Of a stretch of 64,000 bases of DNA, positions 34,751 through 43,185 are shown piece after piece. The DNA is from an uncultured Candidatus Saccharibacteria bacterium (lineage in GTDB: Bacteria > Patescibacteriota > Minisyncoccia > Phycocordibacterales > JACOZG01), in the NCBI GenBank assembly GCA_964591715.1, contig CAZQDR010000004.1, positions 375 through 64,374 on the forward strand, in the 5' to 3' direction. The notes beneath the pieces are model-generated. The model searched no databases. It was not told the origin of the DNA and saw nothing but the letters and a program-made list of their open reading frames with translations. The stretch's first letter is position 1. Each line of letters opens with the position of its first letter. The position numbers and the translations under genes are program-made.

Positions 34751-35944
34751 ATGAAGCGCTCGGCCTATCCCTTGATCCTCGTGGCGGCGTTCGCCATTTT
34801 ATTATTTATGGCCAGTGGCGTACCGGGAAGTTCGCCTAGTGAGTTATTGAGTTTGGTCTTTCCTGAGACAATTACCCCCGAGGCTTTAAAGAGCGCGTAT
34901 GCGGGGCGACGACTGCGCGTATTACTTGTCCCTGGACATGACCACGAATATGGCGGTACGGCTTATGGCAAGATAACTGAAGAGCAGTTGAATGTTGAGA
35001 TGGCTCGGGCGCTTTATGACGTTTTAAAGACAGATCCTCACTACGAGGTTACTACTACCCGTGATTTAACCACAAGGGAATATATTCCCGAACTCCAGCG
35101 TTACTTGATCGATAATCGCGAAAAAATAATTAAACGCACTAGTGAACTTAAAACCGCTTTTTACGATTTTGTTGATCGGGGCGAGCTGACTTTGCAAGAG
35201 GGGATGAATCATAAAGTGGCAGCGACCGAAGTCGCGATCCGACTCTATGGCATTAATGCCTGGGCGAATGAGCAGAAGATTGATTTGGCGTTACATATCC
35301 ACTTCAACGATTATGGTGGACGACGGAGAGGGGTAGTCGGACCATATAATGGCTTTGCCATTTATGTACCAGAGGGTCAGTATGCCAATGCTCGAGCTAG
35401 TAAAGAGTTGGGGCTTGCCATTTCGAACGCCTTGCAACAACGCTTGCCGCTAAGCGATTTCCCTCAAGAGAGTTCGCCGGTGACCGAAGACCAAAGTTTA
35501 ATTGCAATTGGCGCTTATGGTTCCCGTGAGGGTGGAGCAATGCTTTTGGAGTATGGTTATATTTACGAATCACAGTGGCAGAGTAAAGCGGTACGTGATT
35601 TGATGCTACCGGAGTTGGCATTAAAGACGGCGGAGGGGATGAAGCGCTATTTTGAACCAACAGCTGGAGCCTTGGCCTCTAAAATCTTGCCCGCGACCAT
35701 TAGCGCTGATTTGAAAAAGTCAGTCACGCCGCTACCAGATGTCCTGCGACTTCAAACTGCCCTGCAACGTGAGGGTTTGTATCCACCCGCGGGAGAGACC
35801 TTGGCCAGCTGTCCACTCTCGGCCGTGTTTGGTCCTTGCACAGCCTTGGCCGTGACAGCCTTCCAGAAAAAATATAGTATCCCTAGTACCGGCCAGGTAG
35901 ATTCAGCGACGCGAGCTCAGTTGAACTCCCTAGTCAGCAGCTAA
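34751..35944 (+). CDS. N-acetylmuramoyl-L-alanine amidase (Amidase_3-like) with C-terminal peptidoglycan-binding domain
   Basis: Signal/TM helix. Amidase_3-like metal site 'VLLVPGHDHEYGG...EEQLNVEMA' and 'HIHFNDYGG'. C-terminal PG-binding fold 'LQTALQREGLY...AVTAFQKKYSIPSTGQVDSATRAQL'. Confidence 0.6.
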   Translation: MKRSAYPLILVAAFAILLFMASGVPGSSPSELLSLVFPETITPEALKSAYAGRRLRVLLVPGHDHEYGGTAYGKITEEQLNVEMARALYDVLKTDPHYEVTTTRDLTTREYIPELQRYLIDNREKIIKRTSELKTAFYDFVDRGELTLQEGMNHKVAATEVAIRLYGINAWANEQKIDLALHIHFNDYGGRRRGVVGPYNGFAIYVPEGQYANARASKELGLAISNALQQRLPLSDFPQESSPVTEDQSLIAIGAYGSREGGAMLLEYGYIYESQWQSKAVRDLMLPELALKTAEGMKRYFEPTAGALASKILPATISADLKKSVTPLPDVLRLQTALQREGLYPPAGETLASCPLSAVFGPCTALAVTAFQKKYSIPSTGQVDSATRAQLNSLVSS

Positions 35945-36909
35945 TGGTTAATAATTTTTGGACTAAATTAAAGAAGCCGATTTTGGTTTTGGCGCCGATG
36001 GCTGATGTCACCGACGCCGCTTTTCGGCGCGTTATTGCTAAGTATGGCAAACCGGCAGTAACCTGGACCGAGTTTGTCTCGGCTGACGGTCTTTGTCATC
36101 CCGAAGGCCGCAAGCGCTTACTGAACGATCTTTTATATACCGCAGCCGAACGGCCGATTGTGGCGCAACTCTTCTCGGCCAATCCGGCCAAAATGCGCGA
36201 GGCGGCGGCGCTAGTACAGTCGCTTGGCGTTGATGGTTTGGATATTAATATTGGTTGTCCCGATAAAACGATTGAGAAGCAGGGAGCGGGTGCGGCCCTC
36301 ATTAAAAACCCAAAACTGGCGCGCGAGGTTTTGCGTGCGGCCAAGGAAGGCGCGCCCCATTTACCCGTCTCGGTGAAGACGCGGGTCGGTTACAACAAAG
36401 ACGAACTAGACCGTTGGCTCCCCGAACTCTTGGCGGAAAATCCAGCCGTGGTCACTATTCATGCGCGGACACGAAAAGAAATGTCTAAAGTGCCAGCTCG
36501 CTGGTCGGATGTGGCTCGGGCAGTAAAAATTCGTGATGATTTAAAAAGTGAGACTTTAATTTTTGGTAACGGCGATGCCCTTAACTTGGCGGATGCGTCC
36601 GACAAGGCCAAGGCCAGCGGTGCCGATGGTGTGATGTTGGGTCGAGCCATTTTTGGTAATCCCTGGCTCTTTAGTGGGGGAGGTAAACCCGCCGTGGCCG
36701 AGCAACTTGAGGTGTTAGTTGAGCACACCAAACTGTTTGCTGAACTTTTAGGCGAGCATAAAAGCTTTGCCGTGATGAAAAAGCACTACAAGGCCTATGT
36801 GGCCGGTTGGGATGGGGCGCACGAGTTGCGCGCTAAGTTAATGGAAGTTAATACGGCCGTCGAAGTGGAGCAAATTATTACCGAGTACTTAAAAAATGGC
36901 TCTATATAG
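35944..36909 (+). CDS. tRNA-dihydrouridine synthase
   Basis: 'LAPMADVTDAAFRRV', 'IDINIGCPDK' and 'VKTRVG' are Dus-family TIM-barrel motifs. Confidence 0.85.
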   Translation: MVNNFWTKLKKPILVLAPMADVTDAAFRRVIAKYGKPAVTWTEFVSADGLCHPEGRKRLLNDLLYTAAERPIVAQLFSANPAKMREAAALVQSLGVDGLDINIGCPDKTIEKQGAGAALIKNPKLAREVLRAAKEGAPHLPVSVKTRVGYNKDELDRWLPELLAENPAVVTIHARTRKEMSKVPARWSDVARAVKIRDDLKSETLIFGNGDALNLADASDKAKASGADGVMLGRAIFGNPWLFSGGGKPAVAEQLEVLVEHTKLFAELLGEHKSFAVMKKHYKAYVAGWDGAHELRAKLMEVNTAVEVEQIITEYLKNGSI

Positions 36910-36949
36910 CCATGGTTAGCCTTCCTTAATCACAACACCTTTAAAAGTA

Positions 36950-36978
36950 TTGACAAGCTGGACGGGGTTTGGTAGTTT
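36950..36978 (+). promoter_or_regulatory. Putative promoter (TTGACA, 17 bp, TAGTTT)
   Basis: Consensus -35 at 36950-36955, about 40 bp after the dus stop. Confidence 0.4.
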
Positions 36979-36984
36979 ATTGGA

Positions 36985-37331
36985 GGAACAGTGGAGTTGT
37001 CTTGGGTCCAGGAACACCACCTGGCGCCCACTTGCCAGCTAGTAGGCTGGAGAAAGGTAAGGATCCCATGATCCGTAACCGTAGCCCTGATCAGAGTTCC
37101 TTTCAGAACAGTATTCTCAATTGCCAATGCAGCATGATCGTCGCGGCCAGCGCCAGCTGATCGTCGGCGGCCCGGCGGCCCTGGAGACGTCACACCAGGT
37201 GACTATCACCGGAGAGGTCTCCAGGGCCCGGGTCCAGGATTGGGAAAGAAGCCAGGACGGGAAAAGCATCGGGGAAAGAAGAAGCAGGACTTTTGTCCGA
37301 TGGGGCACACGCAGCGTGTGCCCTTTTTTTA
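36985..37331 (+). ncRNA. Candidate structured non-coding RNA (~350 nt, GC-rich) ending in a strong terminator immediately upstream of dnaX; SRP RNA (ffs) is suspected from synteny only
   Basis: Promoter at 36950 and terminator GGGCACAC/GTGTGCCC+T7 at 37302-37331. ~58 % GC against a ~49 % backbone. Only short, implausible ORFs, with no RBS and running through the terminator. The motif GGGAAAGAAGCCAGGAC / GGGGAAAGAAGAAGCAGGAC loosely resembles the SRP helix-8 'GGAAGGAAGCAGCC' motif. The ffs-dnaX adjacency is common in bacteria. Confidence 0.35.
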
Positions 37332-37357
37332 TGCCCAAAATAAGATAGAATAGAGCC

Positions 37358-38392
37358 ATGTCCGAGCTTGCTCTCTATCGTAAATACCGCCCTGCCAAAT
37401 TTAGCGAGGTGGTTGGCCAAGATCACGTGATTAGCGTACTTGAAGGAGCGCTCGAGCAGGGTAATGTCTCGCACGCTTATCTTTTTGCTGGTTCTCGCGG
37501 CACGGGTAAAACCAGTGTGGCTCGCATTTTTGCTAAAGTCTTGGGGACCTCACCGAGTGACTTGTACGAAATCGATGCCGCCTCCAGTCGCGGTATTGAT
37601 GAGATCCGCGAACTGCGCGAGGCGGTGCGCACCTTGCCGTTTGAATCAAAATATAAAGTTTACATTATTGATGAGGTGCACATGTTAACCAAGGAGGCTT
37701 TTAATGCTTTGTTAAAAACCTTGGAGGAGCCGCCTGCCCATGTCATTTTTATTTTAGCGACCACCGAGACACACAAGTTGCCCGAGACGATTGTGTCGCG
37801 CTGTCAGGCTTTTACCTTCCGCAAGCCGACCCTGGATGAATTAAAAAAGGTGGTGAGTAAGGTGGCCAAGGCCGAAGGGTTTAGCATTGAACCACTCGCC
37901 GCGGAGCTGGTCGCCTTGCTGGGTGACGGCTCGTATCGCGATACTTTGGGAGCCCTCCAAAAGGCGATGAGCGCCTCCAGTGATAATAAGATTGTTAGCA
38001 AAGAGATTGAGCAGGTTATGGGCGCGCCGAGTAGCCGCTTAGTCTCTGATTTTATTCTGGCGCTTTTGGAGAAAAAGCTGGAGGGTGGGTTGGCGGTAAC
38101 GCGAGAGCTGGTAGCTGGTAATCAGGATTTAAAGTTGTTTTTAAAATTAGTGTTGCGGGATTTTCGTCTAGCGATGCTGGCCAAATTTGCCCCGGCCGTG
38201 GCTAAACCCATGCTGGTACCCCTGGGTGAGGAGGCTGAGAAGAGACTGCAAACCGTGGCGGCGCATGCAAATGCCAAAGACTTGCCACTTATTTTGCGGG
38301 AACTCCTGGCGGTTTACGATCACCTTGGCCGCTCCTATGTGCCCGAGTTACCACTCGAGCTGGCCTTGATCAAACTTAGCGCGGCGGTATAA
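37358..38392 (+). CDS. dnaX: DNA polymerase III subunit gamma/tau (short form, domains I-III)
   Basis: 'LFAGSRGTGKTSVARIFAKVL' (Walker A), 'YIIDEVHML' (Walker B), 'ILATTE' and 'SRCQAF' (sensor motifs). 344 aa. Confidence 0.9.
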   Translation: MSELALYRKYRPAKFSEVVGQDHVISVLEGALEQGNVSHAYLFAGSRGTGKTSVARIFAKVLGTSPSDLYEIDAASSRGIDEIRELREAVRTLPFESKYKVYIIDEVHMLTKEAFNALLKTLEEPPAHVIFILATTETHKLPETIVSRCQAFTFRKPTLDELKKVVSKVAKAEGFSIEPLAAELVALLGDGSYRDTLGALQKAMSASSDNKIVSKEIEQVMGAPSSRLVSDFILALLEKKLEGGLAVTRELVAGNQDLKLFLKLVLRDFRLAMLAKFAPAVAKPMLVPLGEEAEKRLQTVAAHANAKDLPLILRELLAVYDHLGRSYVPELPLELALIKLSAAV

Positions 38393-38418
38393 TCTATTTT
38401 AGAAAGGAGGTGATATTT

Positions 38419-38490
38419 GTGATCACCAAAATTGCAGGGCTCATAACCCTGGCGACTATCGCAATGTTTAGCCTTGTTGGCTGCATTTAA
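38419..38490 (+). pseudogene. 23-codon ORF encoding only a lipoprotein signal peptide (MITKIAGLITLATIAMFSLVGC-I-stop); likely remnant or frameshifted lipoprotein gene
   Basis: Strong RBS AAAGGAGGTG 6 nt before the GTG. Canonical lipobox L-V-G-C, then a stop one codon later. Confidence 0.3.
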
Positions 38491-38636
38491 AGTCGCAGTG
38501 AGTGGAAGACTGTTCGGTTGATTATTCGACTTGGGGCGAGGGCCATATCCCTATCATCAGCTCAAGCCAAGTCATAAAAACCGGCCATTCATACCGCCCC
38601 GATCAACTGATCGGGGCGTTCTTATTGTTCTTAGTT

Positions 38637-39575
38637 TTATTGACTATAGACGAGCGTGGCGCGGATTTGATCGAACAATTTAAGCAGGGCTGGCTGATCA
38701 AATTTGGTAATCGTCCCAGCAGGGTAGTTCTCAAAGACGCTGTAGTGGACCAAGTAGCGAACGGCTAAGCAGGGATTAGTGTCGGGGAAAGCGTAAACGG
38801 TCTCCTCATAGCGATTACCAGCGCCGGCATTGCTGGAGCTGGCGACCGAATAATTTTGACCGGCTAGGGTTTCGATCACCGTTGGATGATTACCATCTAA
38901 AAATAGACTGGCGGAACAGCTGGCCGAAGCGGGCAGGGACTCAAGACTTAAGTAACTGTCGGCGCTCAAGTTAGTGCCGGTGGCCATGGTCTCGGGAATG
39001 GTGAATTTAACGCCAGCGATTTTGAGCGTGGGTGACGCTTGGTAGATATAGGACTCATCCACTTTAAAACTGTCGGGGTAACCCGCCGAACTTGAGGCGA
39101 CTAAGCTTGGGAAGCGAAGAGTGACACCGAGCGAACTGTTAGCGTAAATTTGAGAGAGATTGTCACTGGCGGCATTAGGTGAGACGGCGACGCAGCCAAT
39201 GTAACTCTTCTCGGTATTATTCTCCAGGACCAAGGCGCCATTACCCTTGCTCCAAAAGACGAAGGCCTCATCGGTAGTGGCGTAACGGGCGCCATCGGCG
39301 GAAATGGTTTGGGCCAGGGTGAGATTACGGCCGTCACTTAGGTTAAGCTCAACGTGACCACCGGAAACTGGGGGTTGGTCGCCAACGGCCAGAGTTGAGG
39401 ATCCCGCAAAATAGCTGGCGGTTAAAGTTTTACCAGCGTCACAAGCGTATTGGACGGTGATTAGGGGTTTGTCATTGGTTGCTACTGGTTCTGTAAAAAG
39501 GGGACGATAAGGACTAAACCAACCAATTAGCAGCACGACGACCACCAGCCCTAAAAGCAAGATAAATTTTTTCAT
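38637..39575 (-). CDS. Hypothetical secreted/membrane-anchored Ser/Thr/Asn-rich protein (312 aa)
   Basis: N-terminal hydrophobic helix 'MKKFILLLGLVVVVLLIGW', a low-complexity extracytoplasmic domain and many N-x-S/T sites. A hairpin follows the stop. Confidence 0.5.
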   Translation of the reverse strand: MKKFILLLGLVVVVLLIGWFSPYRPLFTEPVATNDKPLITVQYACDAGKTLTASYFAGSSTLAVGDQPPVSGGHVELNLSDGRNLTLAQTISADGARYATTDEAFVFWSKGNGALVLENNTEKSYIGCVAVSPNAASDNLSQIYANSSLGVTLRFPSLVASSSAGYPDSFKVDESYIYQASPTLKIAGVKFTIPETMATGTNLSADSYLSLESLPASASCSASLFLDGNHPTVIETLAGQNYSVASSSNAGAGNRYEETVYAFPDTNPCLAVRYLVHYSVFENYPAGTITKFDQPALLKLFDQIRATLVYSQ

Positions 39576-39588
39576 ATTTGATTTTGTT

Positions 39589-40002
39589 TTAATTTAAGAC
39601 TTTAACTGAATCGGTCACGGAGAGGATGCCCTTAATGGGGTAAATGCGCCAGTGGGTCGTGCTCAACATTTCCGTAGGCGTCAAAATACCTTTAACACTC
39701 AGACGGTCGCCCGTTTTGAAATTGGGTACCCCCTGGGAAACTAAATTGAAGTCGAGGGCATAATAATCACCGTTGTCGGTTTGGAGCCCTAAGGCGCACT
39801 CTAAGGTTTGGGGGCCGCTGGTGTCGCGATGCGGTAAGCACAAATAAGTACCAGTTAAGGTCGTGGGAGTTCGCACAATATCGCGCGGCTCGGGTTTGAC
39901 CGGCTGATTTTGCGCCGACCAGACCATTAGCCCAGCCAGAGCCAGAGCAATCACAATCAGAATAAATTCTCGTCGGTGGCGTTTGGATTGAAAAAAGCTC
40001 AT
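39589..40002 (-). CDS. Hypothetical membrane-anchored protein (137 aa)
   Basis: N-terminal TM helix. No recognisable family. Confidence 0.4.
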   Translation of the reverse strand: MSFFQSKRHRREFILIVIALALAGLMVWSAQNQPVKPEPRDIVRTPTTLTGTYLCLPHRDTSGPQTLECALGLQTDNGDYYALDFNLVSQGVPNFKTGDRLSVKGILTPTEMLSTTHWRIYPIKGILSVTDSVKVLN

Positions 40003-40004
40003 AG

Positions 40005-40256
40005 TTATTGATTATTTTCTTTACCCCACTGCCAGCGAGGGGCCTCACCTTTTTTGTAAGCCAGACGAATAAACATCCCAGTTAGAATAGCTACCGGGAG
40101 AATAAAGGTGAAGGCAATGTCTTGTGGGGTGGCTTTGTTATCGAGAGTAAAGGAAAAGGTGATTAATAAAAGCACGTAGATTGCCGTGGCTAACCAGCCC
40201 TGCCAAGTGACCGGCGTCCAGCCCCAACCATAAGTTTTGCGCTTAAACCAAATCAT
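40005..40256 (-). CDS. Hypothetical small two-TM membrane protein (83 aa)
   Basis: Two hydrophobic helices with Trp-rich termini. Confidence 0.4.
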   Translation of the reverse strand: MIWFKRKTYGWGWTPVTWQGWLATAIYVLLLITFSFTLDNKATPQDIAFTFILPVAILTGMFIRLAYKKGEAPRWQWGKENNQ

Positions 40257-40265
40257 GGATAAGGA

Positions 40266-40721
40266 TTAGTTTTTACTCTCGGCGAGCGCCTTCAAATCTT
40301 GCAAGGCCTTAGGCCACATTTGACTGAACATTTCCTTGTGTTCGTCGGCAACATCAATGTCCACAACCAATTCGGTGCCGCCCGCCACTTCGTTGAAAGT
40401 GTAGTTCTCGTGCGCGGGTGTCCAGGCTTTAACCTTATCACTGGTGGTATCAATCACACCGTTTTCAATCATGCCCAGGTGTTCGATCGAGACAAACTCT
40501 GGGGGTCGGCTCTCTTTGATGCGACTATACATTCCGCCCTCCTTACCTTCAGCATCGGTACCAATGAATTTGATCTCGGCGCCCTCCTCCCAACTGCCTT
40601 CGTAACGGGAGCTGGGATCAAAAGCGTTCGTCCACTGCCGATAAGTCTCCTGATCAAGCATGGTGTGCCATACCTTCTCTCGGGGAGCGTCGATTTGAAT
40701 CGTAAATGTTATTTTTTGCAT
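40266..40721 (-). CDS. SRPBCC-superfamily protein (AHSA1/polyketide-cyclase-like)
   Basis: 'IQIDAPREKVWHTMLDQETYRQWT' and the overall ~150 aa pattern are typical of the Activator-of-Hsp90-ATPase-homolog-like SRPBCC fold. Confidence 0.6.
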   Translation of the reverse strand: MQKITFTIQIDAPREKVWHTMLDQETYRQWTNAFDPSSRYEGSWEEGAEIKFIGTDAEGKEGGMYSRIKESRPPEFVSIEHLGMIENGVIDTTSDKVKAWTPAHENYTFNEVAGGTELVVDIDVADEHKEMFSQMWPKALQDLKALAESKN

Positions 40722-40769
40722 CCCGCCATTATACCAAACTTAGATTAAAAACCAGTGAGGCTAAAGTTG

Positions 40770-40840
40770 TTGCCGGACTTGGATTCGAACCAAGATACTC
40801 GCCTCCAAAGGGCGATGTCCTACCATTAGACGATCCGGCA
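40770..40840 (-). tRNA. tRNA-Gln (anticodon TTG)
   Basis: Reverse complement: acceptor TGCCGGA/TCCGGCA (U1-A72, as in bacterial tRNA-Gln), anticodon stem TCGCC/GGCGA with loop CTTTGGA, T-loop GGTTCGAATCC. Confidence 0.85.
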
Positions 40841-40983
40841 ATTATCTGACAATGGTCACTTTATACCATGTTTGGCCCGCTTTAGTCTATTCGTTCTCTA
40901 ATCCTTTGACTAAGGTAAATAATTGTGGTAGTTCTTGAGTTGGGTTCGAAAATAATCATTAGATCCTTTCAGAAAGGGACAAC

Positions 40984-41415
40984 ATGACGCGAATTTCTAT
41001 TACGGTACAGTCCAGGCACGGATCCCACCAGTTTGAGGCGGAGATCCACGAACACGCGAATCTGGCCGACTTCCACCTTGACCCGGAAACTTTTTACCGC
41101 GAGTGGGGGAGCAAGGTGCCGGAATTGCCTCATCACGAAATTGAGATTGTCGTACCTGGCAGTGATTTCTTCTCGACGCGGGTGCTGCACATGCATCGAT
41201 CTCGCAAAAGCGAAGCACTGTTCGTTTGCTTCCCTCACCGCATCGCCACAATCGAAGCGGCTGGCCGAATTTTCCGGACCTGGTGTCTGGGTTCGGTGGC
41301 GACCATCGTGGAGGATGTTGATCTCAACACTCTTTACGCGGAGTGTGGCGTTCGCCTGGAAGTGGTCGTCGGTGAGCGCTATGGGATTATGATCCAACAC
41401 TTCGCCGTGGCGTAG
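40984..41415 (+). CDS. Hypothetical protein (143 aa) in GC-rich segment
   Basis: ORF with a weak RBS. The opposite-strand ORF looks non-protein-like. No recognisable family. Confidence 0.3.
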   Translation: MTRISITVQSRHGSHQFEAEIHEHANLADFHLDPETFYREWGSKVPELPHHEIEIVVPGSDFFSTRVLHMHRSRKSEALFVCFPHRIATIEAAGRIFRTWCLGSVATIVEDVDLNTLYAECGVRLEVVVGERYGIMIQHFAVA

Positions 41416-41604
41416 ACTGGAGTAAACCTATCGATAATTTGTTTGGCTTGTGACGTTGTCACGGGCTTTTTTCTTGTCCAAAATTCCCCTGAGCAGCCTA
41501 TAGAAGTTTAAATAAGTCAGTCTTGACGAACTGATTCATAAGTACTAGTTTTTGAGTAGTACTTAGTGTCAATGTTTAGTCCTTTAACTGTTAAGGGGGC
41601 CAAA

Positions 41605-42252
41605 ATGCTAGTAATTTCCCGATGCTTGAACGCGGGCATCAGAATCGGGGAAGACACCGAAGTTAAGGTGCTGCGACTGGGAACTCGCCGGGTGACGCTT
41701 GGGGTGGAGTGTCCCCCTGGGATACCAGTTTTCCGCAGCGAAGTAGCGCCGGAAATGTCGTCACCAGAGTCGCAAGCCCCGCCGCTAGACATCCGGGTTT
41801 TGATTGTTGAGGACATCCCCGTGCACGGACTTTTGATCGAGCGAAGCTTGTGCAAAAAGGGAGTCAGCCAGATTGAGAAGGTGACAAGCGCTGAAGATGC
41901 GATCAGGCTTCTGGAATCAATTCAGCAGAAGGAGCTGACACGGCCCGATTTGGTTTTGCTTGACCTTGGTTTACCGGGCGTGTCCGGCCTTGAGGTGCTC
42001 AAGAAGATCAGATCAGCGTTCGGTTGGGAAATCGCGGTGGTGGTTCTGACCTGCAGTAACCTCGCCGAGGATTACCGCCAGGCTATGGCGGCGGGTGCCA
42101 ACGCTTTCGTCTCCAAGGGCGAGAGTTACGAAGCTTTTAGACAGCAGCTTTTGTCGATCATCAACTTTTGGGGTAAGGTGGCCTATCGCTTTCGGTATGG
42201 CTTGGGCTCGGCGCGCGCCGAGCCTTTTTTGATCAGTGCGGAGCGCTGGTAA
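41605..42252 (+). CDS. CsrA-like RNA-binding domain fused to a response-regulator receiver (REC) domain
   Basis: RBS AAGGGGG before ATG 41605. The N-terminus 'MLVISRCLNAGIRIGEDTEVKVLRLGTRRVTLGVECPPGIPVFRSEV' aligns with CsrA 'MLILTRRVGE..IGDD..V.VL...G.QVRIGI.APK.V.V.REEI'. The C-terminus is a REC domain with the phospho-acceptor region 'LVLLDLGLPGVSG', T/S 'VVVLTCS' and K 'AFVSKG'. Confidence 0.6.
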   Translation: MLVISRCLNAGIRIGEDTEVKVLRLGTRRVTLGVECPPGIPVFRSEVAPEMSSPESQAPPLDIRVLIVEDIPVHGLLIERSLCKKGVSQIEKVTSAEDAIRLLESIQQKELTRPDLVLLDLGLPGVSGLEVLKKIRSAFGWEIAVVVLTCSNLAEDYRQAMAAGANAFVSKGESYEAFRQQLLSIINFWGKVAYRFRYGLGSARAEPFLISAERW

Positions 42253-42273
42253 ATTTGGTAAAATATTAGTCAT

Positions 42274-43185
42274 ATGCAAATCGCAATCTTTGGTTTAGGA
42301 CGTATGGGTGGGCAGATTGCCCGCCGGCTGAAGCATAATAATTTTAACGTGGTGGCCTGGAACCGTAGCCCAGAGCCGGTGGCGGCGTTTAAACAATTTG
42401 GCGGCTGGGCTTCCGGTGATTTGGCGGCCGTCGTGGGTGAGCTTAAGGAGAGCTCGCGAATTTTTTGGGTCATGTTGCCTCAAGGTTTGGTGGATGATTT
42501 TATTCTCGGTCCCGATCAACTCGGACCCCATTTAAAGGCGGGCGACATTGTGATTGACGGCGGTAATTCATTTTATAAAGACAGCCAACGTCGCGGCCAA
42601 GAATTAAAAAAGAAGGGGATTCACTTTTTTGACTGCGGGACATCTGGTGGTGTTTGGGGTGAGGCGAACGGTTTTGCTCTGATGGTTGGCGGACCGAAGG
42701 ACGAGTGGCCCAAGATCGAACCATTCATAAAGGCGCTGTCCGCCGGCGATAATTATGCCTGGGTCGGCGAGAGTGGTGCTGGTCACTTTGTTAAAATGGT
42801 CCACAACGGTATTGAGTACGGCATGATGGAGGCGATTGCGGAGGGTTACGCTGTCTTGGAGGCCAGCCCATTTAAATTAAATCTAAAGGATGTGACGCGG
42901 GTTTATCAGCAAGGTTCGGTTATCCGGAGTTGGCTGGTTGATCTCTGTCGCAATATTTTTGAGAGCGAGGATGTAGTCGCGACTAGTGGCAAAATTGATG
43001 CCACGGGCGAGGGGGAGTGGACGGTTAACGCTGGCCGTGAGTTTGGTGTTGATGTGCGGGTAATTGCCGACGCCCTGGAGGTGCGTCGTGAGTCAGCGGA
43101 GGCGAAAAACCAAACTAAATTTTCCAATAAAATCGTCGCGCTGTTGCGCAAACAATTTGGCGGTCATGCGATTCATAAGGAGTAA
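42274..43185 (+). CDS. gnd: 6-phosphogluconate dehydrogenase (decarboxylating), short ~300 aa form
   Basis: NAD(P) fingerprint 'MQIAIFGLGRMGGQIARRL', 'FDCGTSGGVWGEANG', and the substrate loop 'AGHFVKMVHNGIEYGMMEAIAEGY'. Confidence 0.8.
   Translation: MQIAIFGLGRMGGQIARRLKHNNFNVVAWNRSPEPVAAFKQFGGWASGDLAAVVGELKESSRIFWVMLPQGLVDDFILGPDQLGPHLKAGDIVIDGGNSFYKDSQRRGQELKKKGIHFFDCGTSGGVWGEANGFALMVGGPKDEWPKIEPFIKALSAGDNYAWVGESGAGHFVKMVHNGIEYGMMEAIAEGYAVLEASPFKLNLKDVTRVYQQGSVIRSWLVDLCRNIFESEDVVATSGKIDATGEGEWTVNAGREFGVDVRVIADALEVRRESAEAKNQTKFSNKIVALLRKQFGGHAIHKE

Noticed and set aside
36985-37331. tmRNA or RNase P RNA identity for the ncRNA candidate
   Set aside because: No tRNA-like T-arm/CCA end or tag-peptide frame (tmRNA). 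No GGAAAGUCCGG / ACAGAARCCGGCUUA P4 blocks (RNase P). SRP RNA is kept only as a synteny-based hypothesis.
40969-41400. Minus-strand 143-aa ORF mirroring 40984-41415
   Set aside because: Translation is rich in Arg/His/Pro runs typical of antisense frames. The plus-strand alternative was kept, at low confidence.
41517-41855. Minus-strand 112-aa ORF overlapping the CsrA-REC gene start
   Set aside because: Antisense to a frame with clear CsrA homology. Ser/Thr/Arg-rich and implausible.
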